DNA of 43,085 nt from Actinomycetales bacterium (lineage in GTDB: Bacteria > Actinomycetota > Actinomycetes > Actinomycetales > Dermatophilaceae): positions 1 to 43,085 of the forward strand of contig JBBRGO010000001.1 in the NCBI GenBank assembly GCA_038224055.1, given 5' to 3'. The notes below the pieces were generated by a model. That model was not told the origin of the DNA. It worked only from the letters and a program-made list of their open reading frames with translations, and made no database searches. Position numbers and translations under genes: made by a program. Shown here one piece after another: positions 1-8,224 of the stretch. Position 1 is the stretch's first letter. Each line of letters begins with the position of its first letter.

Positions 1-114
1 GAGCAGGTAGCGGTCGAGGGCCTCCTGCTGCCAGGCGCGCAGCTTGGAGGCAGTGCCCCAGGCCGCCCGCTCGGGGAAGGCTGGAGGGAGATGGAAGGCG
101 GCCCCGGAACTCAT
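1..114 (-). CDS. 5' end (first 38 codons) of a gene running off the left edge; possibly an SF2 (ERCC3/XPB- or Res-type) helicase
   Basis: Minus-strand ATG at 114-112. Translation MSSGAAFHLPPAFPERAAWGTASKLRAWQQEALDRYLL continues to the window edge with G/C at almost every third position. The KLRxWQxEAL start resembles helicase N-termini, but 38 aa is too short to be sure. Confidence 0.4.
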   Translation of the reverse strand, partial: MSSGAAFHLPPAFPERAAWGTASKLRAWQQEALDRYLL

Positions 115-154
115 AGGCCGCTCACATTAGCCGTTTTGCCCAGATGACATGCCG

Positions 155-181
155 GGGGCCCCACCGTCGCGGTGGGGCCCC
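155..181 (-). terminator. GC-rich hairpin downstream of the M43 protease gene
   Basis: Perfect 11-bp arms GGGGCCCCACC / GGTGGGGCCCC around a 5-nt loop, 36 nt past the stop at 217. No clear U-tract. Confidence 0.45.
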
Positions 182-216
182 GAGGACGTGGTATGCCGCT
201 GTGCCGGCGGTCGCGA

Positions 217-1170
217 TCAGGCGCGGTACGCCACCCACTGGGCCTGCATCCGGCTGACCTGGCCGGAGGTGAAGGTGTCCATGCAGGAGTCCTGGGTGTA
301 GTCCATGAAGTTGTGGATCGGGTCCACGCCACCACCGGAGCAGGTGTCGCGACCGGTGGGGCAGTTGAAGGCCGGGCTCGACTCGGCCGCGGTGTCGGAG
401 ACGTAGTCACCGCTGCCGGAGCACCCGCCCTGGAACGTGTGGTAGAGCCCCGCCCAGTGGCCGACCTCGTGCGTGGCCGTGTCACCCTCGGCGTAGATGC
501 CGGCGTTGCCGCCCGGCAACGAGCCGGTGAGCACGACGACGCCGTCCTGGTCGGTGATCCGCTTGGCCGGGAAGGTCGCCCAGCCGAGGAGGTCGTTGGT
601 GAGGTTGGCCGTGTAGATGTTGAGGGCGGCCTTCCCACCCTGGCGCAGGGTCGACTTCATCGCCTTCTCGGCGGACGAGCCCTGGGTGAGGGTGTACCAC
701 GAGGCGTTGTTGGTGCGGTCGGTCCCCTTGAGGGTGAAACCGAGGCCCGAGCCGGCATACGCGCTCTTGAGCACGGTGAGCTGGCTGGTGATCGTCGCGT
801 CGGACACGGCGCCCTGCGCACCGTCGGTGATGACGTGCACGTAGACGTCGATCGTCACGGGCGAGAAGGTGGTGGTGCCGTTCCCCGGCCTGCCCTTCTG
901 GCTCGCCAGCTGCCCGGACGAGCTCCGGGTCAGCCCCTTGGCCGCGAGCGCCTTCGTCAGCGCCGCCTCGTTCGCCCGGACCTGCGCCTGGGTGAACTCG
1001 TGGGGGTCCTTCGCGGTCCCGTTCGTGCTGCGGGCGCCGAGCGCAGCCGGCTCGAGGCAGGTGGCAGACCGGGCAAAGTCCCCGGCGAACGGAGCCGCCT
1101 GGGCCGGGACGGCGATCGAGGCGGCGACCAGGGCCAGCGGGACGGCCAGGGTCAGGGTGCGGAGCTTCAT
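217..1170 (-). CDS. Secreted zinc metalloprotease, M43 (pappalysin/ulilysin-like metzincin) family
   Basis: 317-aa ORF. Signal peptide MKLRTLTLAVPLALVAASIAVPAQA. Zinc site HEVGHWAGLYH (HExxHxxGxxH). Cys-rich C-terminal part with DPIHNFMDY. Confidence 0.85.
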   Translation of the reverse strand: MKLRTLTLAVPLALVAASIAVPAQAAPFAGDFARSATCLEPAALGARSTNGTAKDPHEFTQAQVRANEAALTKALAAKGLTRSSSGQLASQKGRPGNGTTTFSPVTIDVYVHVITDGAQGAVSDATITSQLTVLKSAYAGSGLGFTLKGTDRTNNASWYTLTQGSSAEKAMKSTLRQGGKAALNIYTANLTNDLLGWATFPAKRITDQDGVVVLTGSLPGGNAGIYAEGDTATHEVGHWAGLYHTFQGGCSGSGDYVSDTAAESSPAFNCPTGRDTCSGGGVDPIHNFMDYTQDSCMDTFTSGQVSRMQAQWVAYRA

Positions 1171-1294
1171 CTGCGGAGACCTTCCTCAATGAACCGCCAC
1201 CCGGTCGGGTAGCAGTTCTCGGACTCTATGCAGCGTCCCCTCAGAAAAGAGCCCGGGACGGCATGGACTTGGTCCGGAGTGGGTCAAGACGGGT

Positions 1295-1312
1295 GCCGAC
1301 CAGCGGGTCGGC
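1295..1312 (-). terminator. Short hairpin just after the DUF3039 stop codon
   Basis: GCCGACC-AGCG-GGTCGGC (7-bp stem), 3 nt downstream of the stop at 1316-1318. Confidence 0.35.
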
Positions 1313-1315
1313 TCG

Positions 1316-1648
1316 TCAGTCGTTGCCCCCGTTGCCCCCGTCGTCGCCGCCGTCCTGGGGCCCGCGCAGGCCGTCATGGATCTCCTTGCACACCGGGCAC
1401 ACCGGGAACTTCTGCGGGTCGCGACCCGGGACCCAGATCTTGCCGCACAGGGCGACGACGGGGTCACCGCTCAGGGCGCTCTCGAGGATCTTCTCCTTGC
1501 GCACGTAGTGCGAGAAGCGCTCGTGGTCGCCCGGCTCCGCCAGCTCCTCGCGGACCTCCTCGCGCTCGATCGTCGCCGTGCTCGTACGGGGACCCTGGGG
1601 CTCGCCGAGGGGCTGGGGCTCGAAGGGGTCCGGAGGCATCGTGCTCAT
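1316..1648 (-). CDS. DUF3039 domain-containing protein
   Basis: Conserved actinobacterial core HYVRKEKILESALSGDPVVALCGKIWVPGRDPQKFPVCPVCKE. Start is uncertain: ATG at 1648, ATG at 1639 or GTG at 1666. Confidence 0.8.
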   Translation of the reverse strand: MSTMPPDPFEPQPLGEPQGPRTSTATIEREEVREELAEPGDHERFSHYVRKEKILESALSGDPVVALCGKIWVPGRDPQKFPVCPVCKEIHDGLRGPQDGGDDGGNGGND

Positions 1649-1690
1649 GACGCCGATTGTATGCACTCACGGGGGCTCACGGCCCTGGCG

Positions 1691-1760
1691 GGCCTGCGCC
1701 CCCGTGTCCCCCCGGAACCCGTACCGAAAGACCCCCCGGGCCTGCACCCCCGTGTCCCCC
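1691..1760. repeat. 22-bp direct repeat, two copies 48 bp apart, in a divergent intergenic region
   Basis: GGCCTGCGCCCCCGTGTCCCCC at 1691-1712 and GGCCTGCACCCCCGTGTCCCCC at 1739-1760, one mismatch. Confidence 0.6.
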
Positions 1761-2012
1761 GACGGTGAGCCGCTGCGGGCCGTCACCATCGTCGGCGAGG
1801 TGACCGGAGCCGAGCCGGAGCCGAGCGAGGTCATCCCGGGCGGGTTCCGGCTCGCGGCGCGCCTGCGCGAGATCGAGCCGCTGTCTCTCGACGACCTGCG
1901 CGAGCTCCTGCCCGTCGCGCGGCTGCGCTTCGGCTTCCTCGAGCTGAAACCAACGGCGGCAGAGGCCATCTGGGCGCTCGTGGCCGCCTTGCAGACCGCG
2001 CCGAGGGGGTGA
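1752..2012 (+). CDS. Hypothetical small protein (about 86 aa)
   Basis: GTG at 1752 (alternative in-frame GTG at 1704). Strong G/C third-position bias. The sequence ...VTIVGEVTGAEPEPSEVIPGGFRLAARLREIEPLSLDDLRELLPVARLRFGFLELKPTAAEAIWALVAALQTAPRG has ordinary protein composition, whereas the opposite-strand ORF is Arg/Ser-rich. No family recognised. Confidence 0.35.
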   Translation: MSPDGEPLRAVTIVGEVTGAEPEPSEVIPGGFRLAARLREIEPLSLDDLRELLPVARLRFGFLELKPTAAEAIWALVAALQTAPRG

Positions 2013-2028
2013 GGGGTGGATCGACGCG

Positions 2029-2850
2029 CTAGGCCCGCAGCGGCTCTCCGGGCCGCACCGCGTCGAGGAGCCGGGCCCCGGCAGGATGGGCGCGCAGCTG
2101 CTCCGGCAGTGCGCCGGGGCGACCGCTCAACAGCACCTGCTCGACCCGCCCCGTCGGTGCGGCGCCCGGATCGGGGTCGAGTCCCAGTCTGCGCAGCGTC
2201 TGCCGGGCCACGGCCTCGGGTGAGTCGAAGATCGTCACCGGCCCGAGGGAGGCGCGCTGAAGGGCGTCGCCGATGAGGTCGGTCACGAGGCCGTAGTGCG
2301 TGCAGCCGAGGACGAGGCCCCGCACGTGCCGCGGCGTCTGCTCCACGGCCGCGCGGATGGCGGCTCCGGTGGCGCCGAGGTCACCGGACTCGATGGCCTC
2401 GGCGAGGCCGAGAGCGGCGACGGCATACGTCTCGGTGTCCTGGGCGAAGGCGTCGACCAGACCCCGCAGGTAGGCGCTCGAGGTCGTGGCAGCGGTGGCC
2501 CACACCGCGAGCGGGCCGCCCGCGAGGGCGGCCGGGCGGATGGCCGGGACGGTGCCGATGACGGGGATGCCCGGCTCGAGCTCGGCCCGCAACGCCTCGA
2601 GACCGTGGACCGAGGCCGTGTTGCACGCGACGACGACCGCGTCGGGGCGGTGGGGCAGCGTTGCTCGCGCCGAGGCGAGGACGAGGCGGCGCACTTCGTG
2701 CGGGGTGCGCGGTCCGTAGGGCATGTTGTCGGGGTCGAGCGAGAGCACGAGGCCGAGGTCGGGGCGCAGGGCGTGGAGGGCGTCCGCGTGACCGACGAGA
2801 CCGACGCCACTGTCGACGAAGGCAACTCGCCTGCTGCTCACGGGTGGCAC
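2029..2850 (-). CDS. murI: Glutamate racemase
   Basis: 273 aa. Asp/Glu racemase motifs VFVDSGVG-like (VAFVDSGVG), VVVACNTAS and LVLGCTHYG carry the two catalytic Cys. GTG start lies 1 nt after the upstream stop. Confidence 0.8.
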   Translation of the reverse strand: MPPVSSRRVAFVDSGVGLVGHADALHALRPDLGLVLSLDPDNMPYGPRTPHEVRRLVLASARATLPHRPDAVVVACNTASVHGLEALRAELEPGIPVIGTVPAIRPAALAGGPLAVWATAATTSSAYLRGLVDAFAQDTETYAVAALGLAEAIESGDLGATGAAIRAAVEQTPRHVRGLVLGCTHYGLVTDLIGDALQRASLGPVTIFDSPEAVARQTLRRLGLDPDPGAAPTGRVEQVLLSGRPGALPEQLRAHPAGARLLDAVRPGEPLRA

Positions 2851-2851
2851 C

Positions 2852-3412
2852 TCAGTTCATCGACGGGTCGTCGGGGAACGTGGCGACGTAGGCGAGGCTG
2901 TCGCGCTGGCGACGCAACACCGTCCGCCAGAGCTCCTCGGGGTCCGAGCTGAACGGGTCGCGCACCTCGGCGTCGACGACGTACCAGTCGCCGCGGCGGA
3001 TCTCGCCCTCGAGCTGGCCCGCATCCCACCCGGCGTAGCCGGCGAAGATCCGCAGGCCCGCGAGCTCGGCCTCGACCACAGGGGTCGGCACGTCGAGGTC
3101 GACGAGCCCGATCGAGCCAAAGAGGCGCTGCACGCCGAGCGGCTCGGGCTCGTCTCCGGGTACGGTCACGAGCCCGAGGGCCGAGTCGGTCGAGACCGGG
3201 CCGCCCTGGAAGAGCACCGGCGGCGCGGTGACGACCTGCTGCCATCCCGGCAGCACCGACTCGACGTCAGCGGAGAGTGGCTTGTTGAGCACGATGCCCT
3301 GGGCGCCGCCCTCGTCGTGGTGGAGCATGAGGATGACCGACCGGTGGAACACCTCCCCCTCGACGGAGGGGGTGGCCACGAGCAGGCGGCCGGTGTGGAA
3401 GGTCGAGGTCAC
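2852..3412 (-). CDS. YqgE/AlgH family protein (UPF0301/DUF179)
   Basis: 186 aa. GRLLVATPSVEGEVFHRSVILMLHHDEGGAQGIVLNKPL is the typical family N-terminus. GTG start with GGAAGGG Shine-Dalgarno. Confidence 0.85.
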   Translation of the reverse strand: MTSTFHTGRLLVATPSVEGEVFHRSVILMLHHDEGGAQGIVLNKPLSADVESVLPGWQQVVTAPPVLFQGGPVSTDSALGLVTVPGDEPEPLGVQRLFGSIGLVDLDVPTPVVEAELAGLRIFAGYAGWDAGQLEGEIRRGDWYVVDAEVRDPFSSDPEELWRTVLRRQRDSLAYVATFPDDPSMN

Positions 3413-3446
3413 CTGTCAACCCTTCCACACCGGCCGGTCGAGTTGG

Positions 3447-5456
3447 TCAGGACCGCGAGCCGCGGCCCTTGTCCTCGCCCCACGTGCTCACGAAGGAGTC
3501 GCCACGGGTGCCCCGACCGCCTCGGCGGTCGTCCCTGCCACCGCCACCACCGCGACGGTCGTCACGGCCACGGCCGTGCTGCGGCCGACCGCCACCCGCG
3601 GGGCGGGGCCCGCGCGCTCCGGCAGGCCCACGGCGGTGGACCTTCGGACCGGCGACGAGGCGGGCGAAGTCCTCCTCGGGGATCGCGATGCCGGACGGGG
3701 GCGTCCCACCGGTCGCGCTGATGAGGGCGTCCCCGGGGCTGACCCTGACCGGGGAGATGTCGACCCCGGCCTCGCGCAGCTGTCGCTCCATCGTCTTGCG
3801 CTGGTGCGGCAGTGCGAGGGTCACGACCGTGCCCTTCTCGCCTGCCCGGGCGGTGCGACCCGAGCGGTGCAGGTAGTCCTTGTGGTCGGCCGGCGGGTCG
3901 ACCTGCAGGACGACCGAGACGTCGTCGACGTGGATGCCGCGCGCGGCGACGTCGGTCGCGACGAGGACCCGGAGGCTGCCGTCGCGGAAGGCACCGAGCA
4001 CGCGGTTGCGCTGACCCTGGTTGAGACCACCGTGCAGCGCAGCCGCCATGACGCCCTGCTCGCGCAGCTGGAGCGCGATGCGGTCCGCGCCGAGCTTGGT
4101 GCGACAGAAGACGACGGTGCGACCGGCCCGGTTGGCGACCTCGGCCGTGATGAGCTTCTTGTGCTGCGGGTCGATGAGCAGGACGTGGTGGTCCATGCCC
4201 TCGACCGACGCGGTTGCGTCGTTCGTGCTGTGCGTCACCGGGTCGGTGAGGTACTTCTCGACGAGGGCGTCGATGCCTCGGTCCAGCGTCGCCGAGAAGA
4301 GCAGCCGCTGGCCGTCGGACGGGATCTTGTCCAGGCTCGTCGTGATCTCGGCCATGAAGCCCATCTCGGCCATGTGGTCGGCCTCGTCGAGGACGGTGAT
4401 CGAGATGTCGTCCATCTCGACGGCCCCGCGCTCGAGCAGGTCGTTGAGCCGGCCCGGCGTGGCGATGAGGATGTCGACGCCCTTGTTGAGGGCGTTGATC
4501 TGGGTCGTGTAGCTGAGGCCGCCGGCGACGAGCTTGTGGCGCAGGCCCGCAACGTGCACGAGGGGCTCGAGCGCGTCGGAGATCTGCATCGCGAGCTCAC
4601 GCGTCGGCGTGAGGATGAGGGCGTGCGGTCGGCGCGGCGCGCGGTGCTGACCCGCCTCGAGGAGCCGGGTGATGAGCGGCAGGCCGAAGGCGAGCGTCTT
4701 GCCCGAGCCGGTCTGGCCGCGGCCGAGGACGTCCCGCCCGGCGAGCGCGTCGGGGATCGTCGCAGTCTGGATCGGGAAGGGGGTCGTGATGCCCTCCCGC
4801 GCGAGGCGCTCGACGACCCGCTCGGGCAGGCCGAGGGCGGCGAAGCCGTTGTCACCCGTCACCTCGACGGGGCCCTCGCTGATGTCGGCGCGGGTCGACT
4901 TGGTCCAGCTGTCGGCGTCCATGCGCTCGGCCTCGGCGTCCTGGCCGTAGCCACCCTCGAAGTTGCCCTGGAGCGGGCCGGCGCCGCGCTCGTCGCGGTC
5001 CCGGCGCGCGAACCCGCGGCCGGCGGCGGGCCGGTCGTTGCGCGGAGCACGGTCATCCCGGGTGTAGCTCGGCCGGTCGTTGCGCGGAGCACGGTCATCC
5101 CGGTTGTAGCTCGGCCGGTCGTCGCGGCGCTGGTAGCCACCACGGTCGCCGGAACGGTCGTCGCGGGTGTAGCTCGGCCGGTCGTTGCGCGGGGCGCGGT
5201 CGTCGCGGGTGTAGCTGGGGCGGTCAGTGCGCTCGCCGCGGTTGTACGCGGGGCGCTCGTCCCGCGGGGCGCGCCACTCGCGGCCGCCGACGTGCGAAGA
5301 CGACGCGGAAGCAGGGCGGGCCGAGCGACCGGCAGGCGCGCCCTTGGGGCCACCCTGGCCGCGATGGGCCTTCTTGGGGGCGCCGTGCACGGCCTTCTTC
5401 TCGGCAGGGGTCCAGCGAGCCTTCTTGGGCGCGCCGGAGGAGGACTTCTTGGGCAT
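3447..5456 (-). CDS. DEAD-box ATP-dependent RNA helicase with long basic repeat-containing N-terminal and RGG-like C-terminal extensions
   Basis: 669 aa. Motif I GQTGSGKT, motif II VLDEAD, SAT, VFCRTK, HRSGRTARAG. AGGTGA Shine-Dalgarno before the ATG at 5456. Confidence 0.92.
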   Translation of the reverse strand: MPKKSSSGAPKKARWTPAEKKAVHGAPKKAHRGQGGPKGAPAGRSARPASASSSHVGGREWRAPRDERPAYNRGERTDRPSYTRDDRAPRNDRPSYTRDDRSGDRGGYQRRDDRPSYNRDDRAPRNDRPSYTRDDRAPRNDRPAAGRGFARRDRDERGAGPLQGNFEGGYGQDAEAERMDADSWTKSTRADISEGPVEVTGDNGFAALGLPERVVERLAREGITTPFPIQTATIPDALAGRDVLGRGQTGSGKTLAFGLPLITRLLEAGQHRAPRRPHALILTPTRELAMQISDALEPLVHVAGLRHKLVAGGLSYTTQINALNKGVDILIATPGRLNDLLERGAVEMDDISITVLDEADHMAEMGFMAEITTSLDKIPSDGQRLLFSATLDRGIDALVEKYLTDPVTHSTNDATASVEGMDHHVLLIDPQHKKLITAEVANRAGRTVVFCRTKLGADRIALQLREQGVMAAALHGGLNQGQRNRVLGAFRDGSLRVLVATDVAARGIHVDDVSVVLQVDPPADHKDYLHRSGRTARAGEKGTVVTLALPHQRKTMERQLREAGVDISPVRVSPGDALISATGGTPPSGIAIPEEDFARLVAGPKVHRRGPAGARGPRPAGGGRPQHGRGRDDRRGGGGGRDDRRGGRGTRGDSFVSTWGEDKGRGSRS
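5029..5250 (-). repeat. Intragenic 42-bp tandem repeat encoding the 14-aa unit RPSYTRDDRAPRND
   Basis: Units 5029-5070 and 5071-5112 differ at one base. Further units are 5176-5217, an expanded copy at 5113-5175 and a degenerate copy at 5218-5250. Confidence 0.85.
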
Positions 5457-5753
5457 GGATATTCACCTATCTGTGACTCGGGCAGACTTCGCCTCGAGCC
5501 GTGAGTCACTACTCCACGACCATGCAGACGAGCCTCAGGCGCATCGTGTGCGCCCCATGGGGACCGGTTCACGGCATCTGCGCCGTCCGGCTGTCGGATC
5601 CGCTCCGTGTCAGGTGATCTCGGTCTCGGGCCGCACGCGTTGTGCGCGGCCCCCGAGCAGTGTCACCTCGTCGGACGGGGCTGCCCGCCGGTCATCACCA
5701 GCGGCATCTCGTCCATCGGGTCCGAGGAGATCTCGGAGTCGGATGCCGCTACT

Positions 5754-6128
5754 TTACCAGCCATCCCGTCGAACCCGGACCAGCAGGGCGGTGGTCCCGA
5801 CCGCCACGCCCACGAGGTCGAGCACCGCATCCCAGACGTCACCGGTGCGACCCGGCAGCAGGAAGTGCTGCGCGAGCTCGCTGACTGGGGCGTGCACGGC
5901 AAGGACGACGACGGCGGTCCACACCGAGCGCAGCGCCCGGCCGACGGCATACGTCGGGACCGCGAAGACGAGCAGGTGGACGACCTTGTCGGTCCAGCTC
6001 ACCGGACCGCTGACGGTGACGACCGGCCAGTAGAGGATCGCGAGATGCACCGCGATCGCGAGCGCGGCCAGCAGGGTCGGGACGGTCGCGGCACGCGACC
6101 CCGGGCGAACGGCAGTCATGGGACCCAC
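5754..6128 (-). CDS. VanZ-like family membrane protein
   Basis: 124 aa with four hydrophobic segments. DKVVHLLVFAVPT and the C-terminal GDVWDAVLDLVGV are typical of VanZ-like proteins. Start is GTG 6128 or ATG 6119. Confidence 0.65.
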   Translation of the reverse strand: MGPMTAVRPGSRAATVPTLLAALAIAVHLAILYWPVVTVSGPVSWTDKVVHLLVFAVPTYAVGRALRSVWTAVVVLAVHAPVSELAQHFLLPGRTGDVWDAVLDLVGVAVGTTALLVRVRRDGW

Positions 6129-6191
6129 AGTCTAGGTAGGTTGCGACGAGGGGGGTCGGCAGGTGGCCCCGACGAGGTACGGGAGACGACC

Positions 6192-6812
6192 ATGGGCAAG
6201 CGCAGCGTCACCGTGACGGGGATCGGCCACAGCGCCGTCGTCCCCGACGTCGTCCGCCTCGACCTGCGGGTGGGGCACGAGGCCGCCGACGTCGCCGCGG
6301 CGCTCGCCGGGGCGGCCGCCGGCATCGCCGCCGTGGGCCGGGTGGTGCGCGAGCACGGGGTCGCCGACAGCGACGTTCGGACGCTCGACGCCGGGGTGGG
6401 CCAGCGCTACGACCACACCGGCACGGCCAGCGGTTTCACGGCCCAGCAACGTCTCGGCGTGACGGTCCGCCGGCCCGAGGCGGTGGGGGACATCCTCGAG
6501 GCTGCCGCTGCCACGGTCGGCAACGCACTGCTGGTCGACCAGGTCCGTCTCGATGTCGCCGACCGGAGCGCCGGCCTCGCTGAGGCTCGGGACGCCGCGT
6601 TCGCCGATGCCAGGGCCAAGGCGCAGCAGTATGCCGCTCTCGCCGACACGCGTCTGGGCGCCGTCCTCGACGTGGCCGAGGCCGGGTCCGCTCCCGCCCA
6701 CGGCCGTCTCATGGCCGTGGCCGCCTCCCGAGACATGGGCGGCGGGATGCCCGTCGAGGGCGGGGAGCTCGACCTCGGCGCGAGCGTCACGGTGCGGTGG
6801 GCGCTCCGGTGA
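6192..6812 (+). CDS. SIMPL (DUF541) domain-containing protein
   Basis: ATG at 6192 within the longer ORF 5607..6812. VTVTGIGHSAVVPDVVRLDLRV ... ARDAAFADARAKAQQYAALADTRLGAVL ... GGELDLGASVTVRWAL matches the SIMPL pattern. Confidence 0.75.
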   Translation: MGKRSVTVTGIGHSAVVPDVVRLDLRVGHEAADVAAALAGAAAGIAAVGRVVREHGVADSDVRTLDAGVGQRYDHTGTASGFTAQQRLGVTVRRPEAVGDILEAAAATVGNALLVDQVRLDVADRSAGLAEARDAAFADARAKAQQYAALADTRLGAVLDVAEAGSAPAHGRLMAVAASRDMGGGMPVEGGELDLGASVTVRWALR

Positions 6813-6870
6813 ACGGCTCGCCCGGGAACGGCCCCGGAATACCTCCACCGGCTCGCTCGTTGGGATGGGC

Positions 6871-7317
6871 ATGGCTACGACTGACCTGACCGCACAGACC
6901 TTCGAGCAGACCGTGCTCGACAACGCCATCGTGCTCGTCGACTTCTGGGCATCCTGGTGTGGCCCGTGTCGACAGTTCGCTCCCGTCTACGACACCGCCT
7001 CCAAGGAGGGTGCCAACGACGGCATCGTCTTCGGGAAGGTGGACACCGAGGCCGAGCAGTCCCTCGCCTCGGCGGCCAACATCAGCTCGATCCCGACGCT
7101 GATGGTCTTCAAGGAGGGCGTGCTCGTCTTCGCCGAGCCCGGCGCCCTGCCCCAGGCAGGCCTGCAGGACGTCATCGACCAGGTCAAGTCGCTCGACATG
7201 GCGCCGATCAAGGAACAGATGGCAGCCGAGGCCGCCGGTCACGAGCACACCCACGACGAGCACGCCCACGACCAGCACGCGCACGAGGACGCGCACCAGC
7301 ACTCCACCGAGCGCTGA
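6871..7317 (+). CDS. Thioredoxin with a C-terminal His-rich extension
   Basis: Active site FWASWCGPCRQF, then GKVDTEAEQSLASAANISSIPTLMVF. The tail is GHEHTHDEHAHDQHAHEDAHQH. Start is ATG 6871 or ATG 6865. Confidence 0.9.
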   Translation: MATTDLTAQTFEQTVLDNAIVLVDFWASWCGPCRQFAPVYDTASKEGANDGIVFGKVDTEAEQSLASAANISSIPTLMVFKEGVLVFAEPGALPQAGLQDVIDQVKSLDMAPIKEQMAAEAAGHEHTHDEHAHDQHAHEDAHQHSTER

Positions 7318-7324
7318 GCGACCC

Positions 7325-7759
7325 GTGCGCACGCTGCTCAACGTCATCTGGGTGGTCTTCGGCGGCTTCTGGCTCTGGCTGCTCTACCTGCTGGCCGGCG
7401 CGGTGGCATGCGTGACGGTCGTCGGCATCCCGCTGGGCCTCGCGTCCTTCCGGATCGGGTGGTATGCCCTGTGGCCCTTCGGTCGCAGCGTCGTCGACCA
7501 CCCCGGCGCCGGCGTCGCCTCCACGTTCGGCAACGTCGTGTGGGTGCTCTTCTTCGGCTGGTGGCTGGCGCTGGGTCACCTCACGACGGCCATCGCCCAG
7601 GCGTTGACCATCGTCGGGATCCCGCTGGCCCTGGGCAACCTCAAGCTGATCCCGGTCTCGCTGTTCCCGCTCGGAAAGCAGATCGTGCCGTCGGGCCGCG
7701 GTCCGACCTCCTTCGGCCCCGGGCCGACCTCCGGCACCGAGAACCTCCGGCTCCGCTGA
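7325..7759 (+). CDS. yccF: YccF domain-containing inner membrane protein (DUF307)
   Basis: 144 aa. Duplicated VIWVVFGGFWL...VVGIPLGL and VVWVLFFGWWLALGHL...IVGIPLAL segments. GTG start 8 nt after the thioredoxin stop. Confidence 0.8.
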   Translation: MRTLLNVIWVVFGGFWLWLLYLLAGAVACVTVVGIPLGLASFRIGWYALWPFGRSVVDHPGAGVASTFGNVVWVLFFGWWLALGHLTTAIAQALTIVGIPLALGNLKLIPVSLFPLGKQIVPSGRGPTSFGPGPTSGTENLRLR

Positions 7760-7787
7760 GCCGCGGGGGAGGGTGAGACGCGCAGGC

Positions 7788-7821
7788 GAGAAGGGCGCCC
7801 GGTGACCGGGGCGCCCTTCTC
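7788..7821. terminator. Bidirectional hairpin between convergent yccF and ssrA
   Basis: Perfect 13-bp arms GAGAAGGGCGCCC / GGGCGCCCTTCTC with an 8-nt loop. It lies 29 nt after the yccF stop and 37 nt after the tmRNA 3' end. Confidence 0.65.
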
Positions 7822-7857
7822 GTGACGAGCGACGGCGTGACGTGGCCACCACAGAAG

Positions 7858-8224
7858 TGGTGGAGGTGGCGGGAATTGAACCCGCGTCCGATGACGAGAA
7901 ACCAGGGCTTCTCCGGGTGCAGTGCACTACGGCTTTTCTCGGCCCCAGGGCTCGCGCGCACACGTCCCCTGACAGGCCCAGTTGAGTAAGAGTCCCGCGC
8001 AGCCCCCCAACATGGCTGCGCAGCAAGTTTCCTAGCTGACGCCAGGCACTGAGTCGGAAACTAGCTCAGGCTGACGGACTTCGAGGCTCGCTCAGGCGGC
8101 GAGGGCGAAGTCGGTGCGCTTGGAATTGGCACCTATTGGTTTGCAAGGAGCGTTTACGAGATAACCCTGCATCCTCGACCCGCTTCCCCTGATACGTCGA
8201 CCACCGTCGAAACCGATCACCCCC
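7858..8224 (-). ncRNA. ssrA: Transfer-messenger RNA (tmRNA, SsrA)
   Basis: The minus strand starts GGGGTGATCGGTTTCGACGG and ends GGACGCGGGTTCAATTCCCGCCACCTCCACCA (tRNA-Ala-like acceptor/T-arm with CCA). The internal tag frame GCC AAT TCC AAG CGC ACC GAC TTC GCC CTC GCC GCC TGA (8130-8092) encodes ANSKRTDFALAA. Confidence 0.95.

Noticed and set aside
3228-5504. Very long ORFs antisense to, or frame-shifted against, recognised genes. Examples: 3228..5504 (+), 8371..10536 (-), 10567..12441 (-), 11193..13769 (+), 14261..16174 (+), 15981..18110 (+), 26164..28074 (+), 30941..33070 (-), 33817..35202 (-), 41993..43057 (+).
   Set aside because: Their translations are Arg/Gly/Pro/Ala-rich low-complexity strings with no motifs. 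Each is fully overlapped by an ORF with clear family signatures and the expected G/C third-position bias. Long stop-free shadow frames are normal at this GC content.
5627-5652. A hairpin-like GGGCCGCACGCGTTGTGCGCGGCCC downstream of the VanZ-like gene as a terminator.
   Set aside because: Pairing is interrupted (a 5-bp core plus 4 bp across a bulge) and it sits about 100 nt past the stop inside the helicase leader. Not convincing enough.
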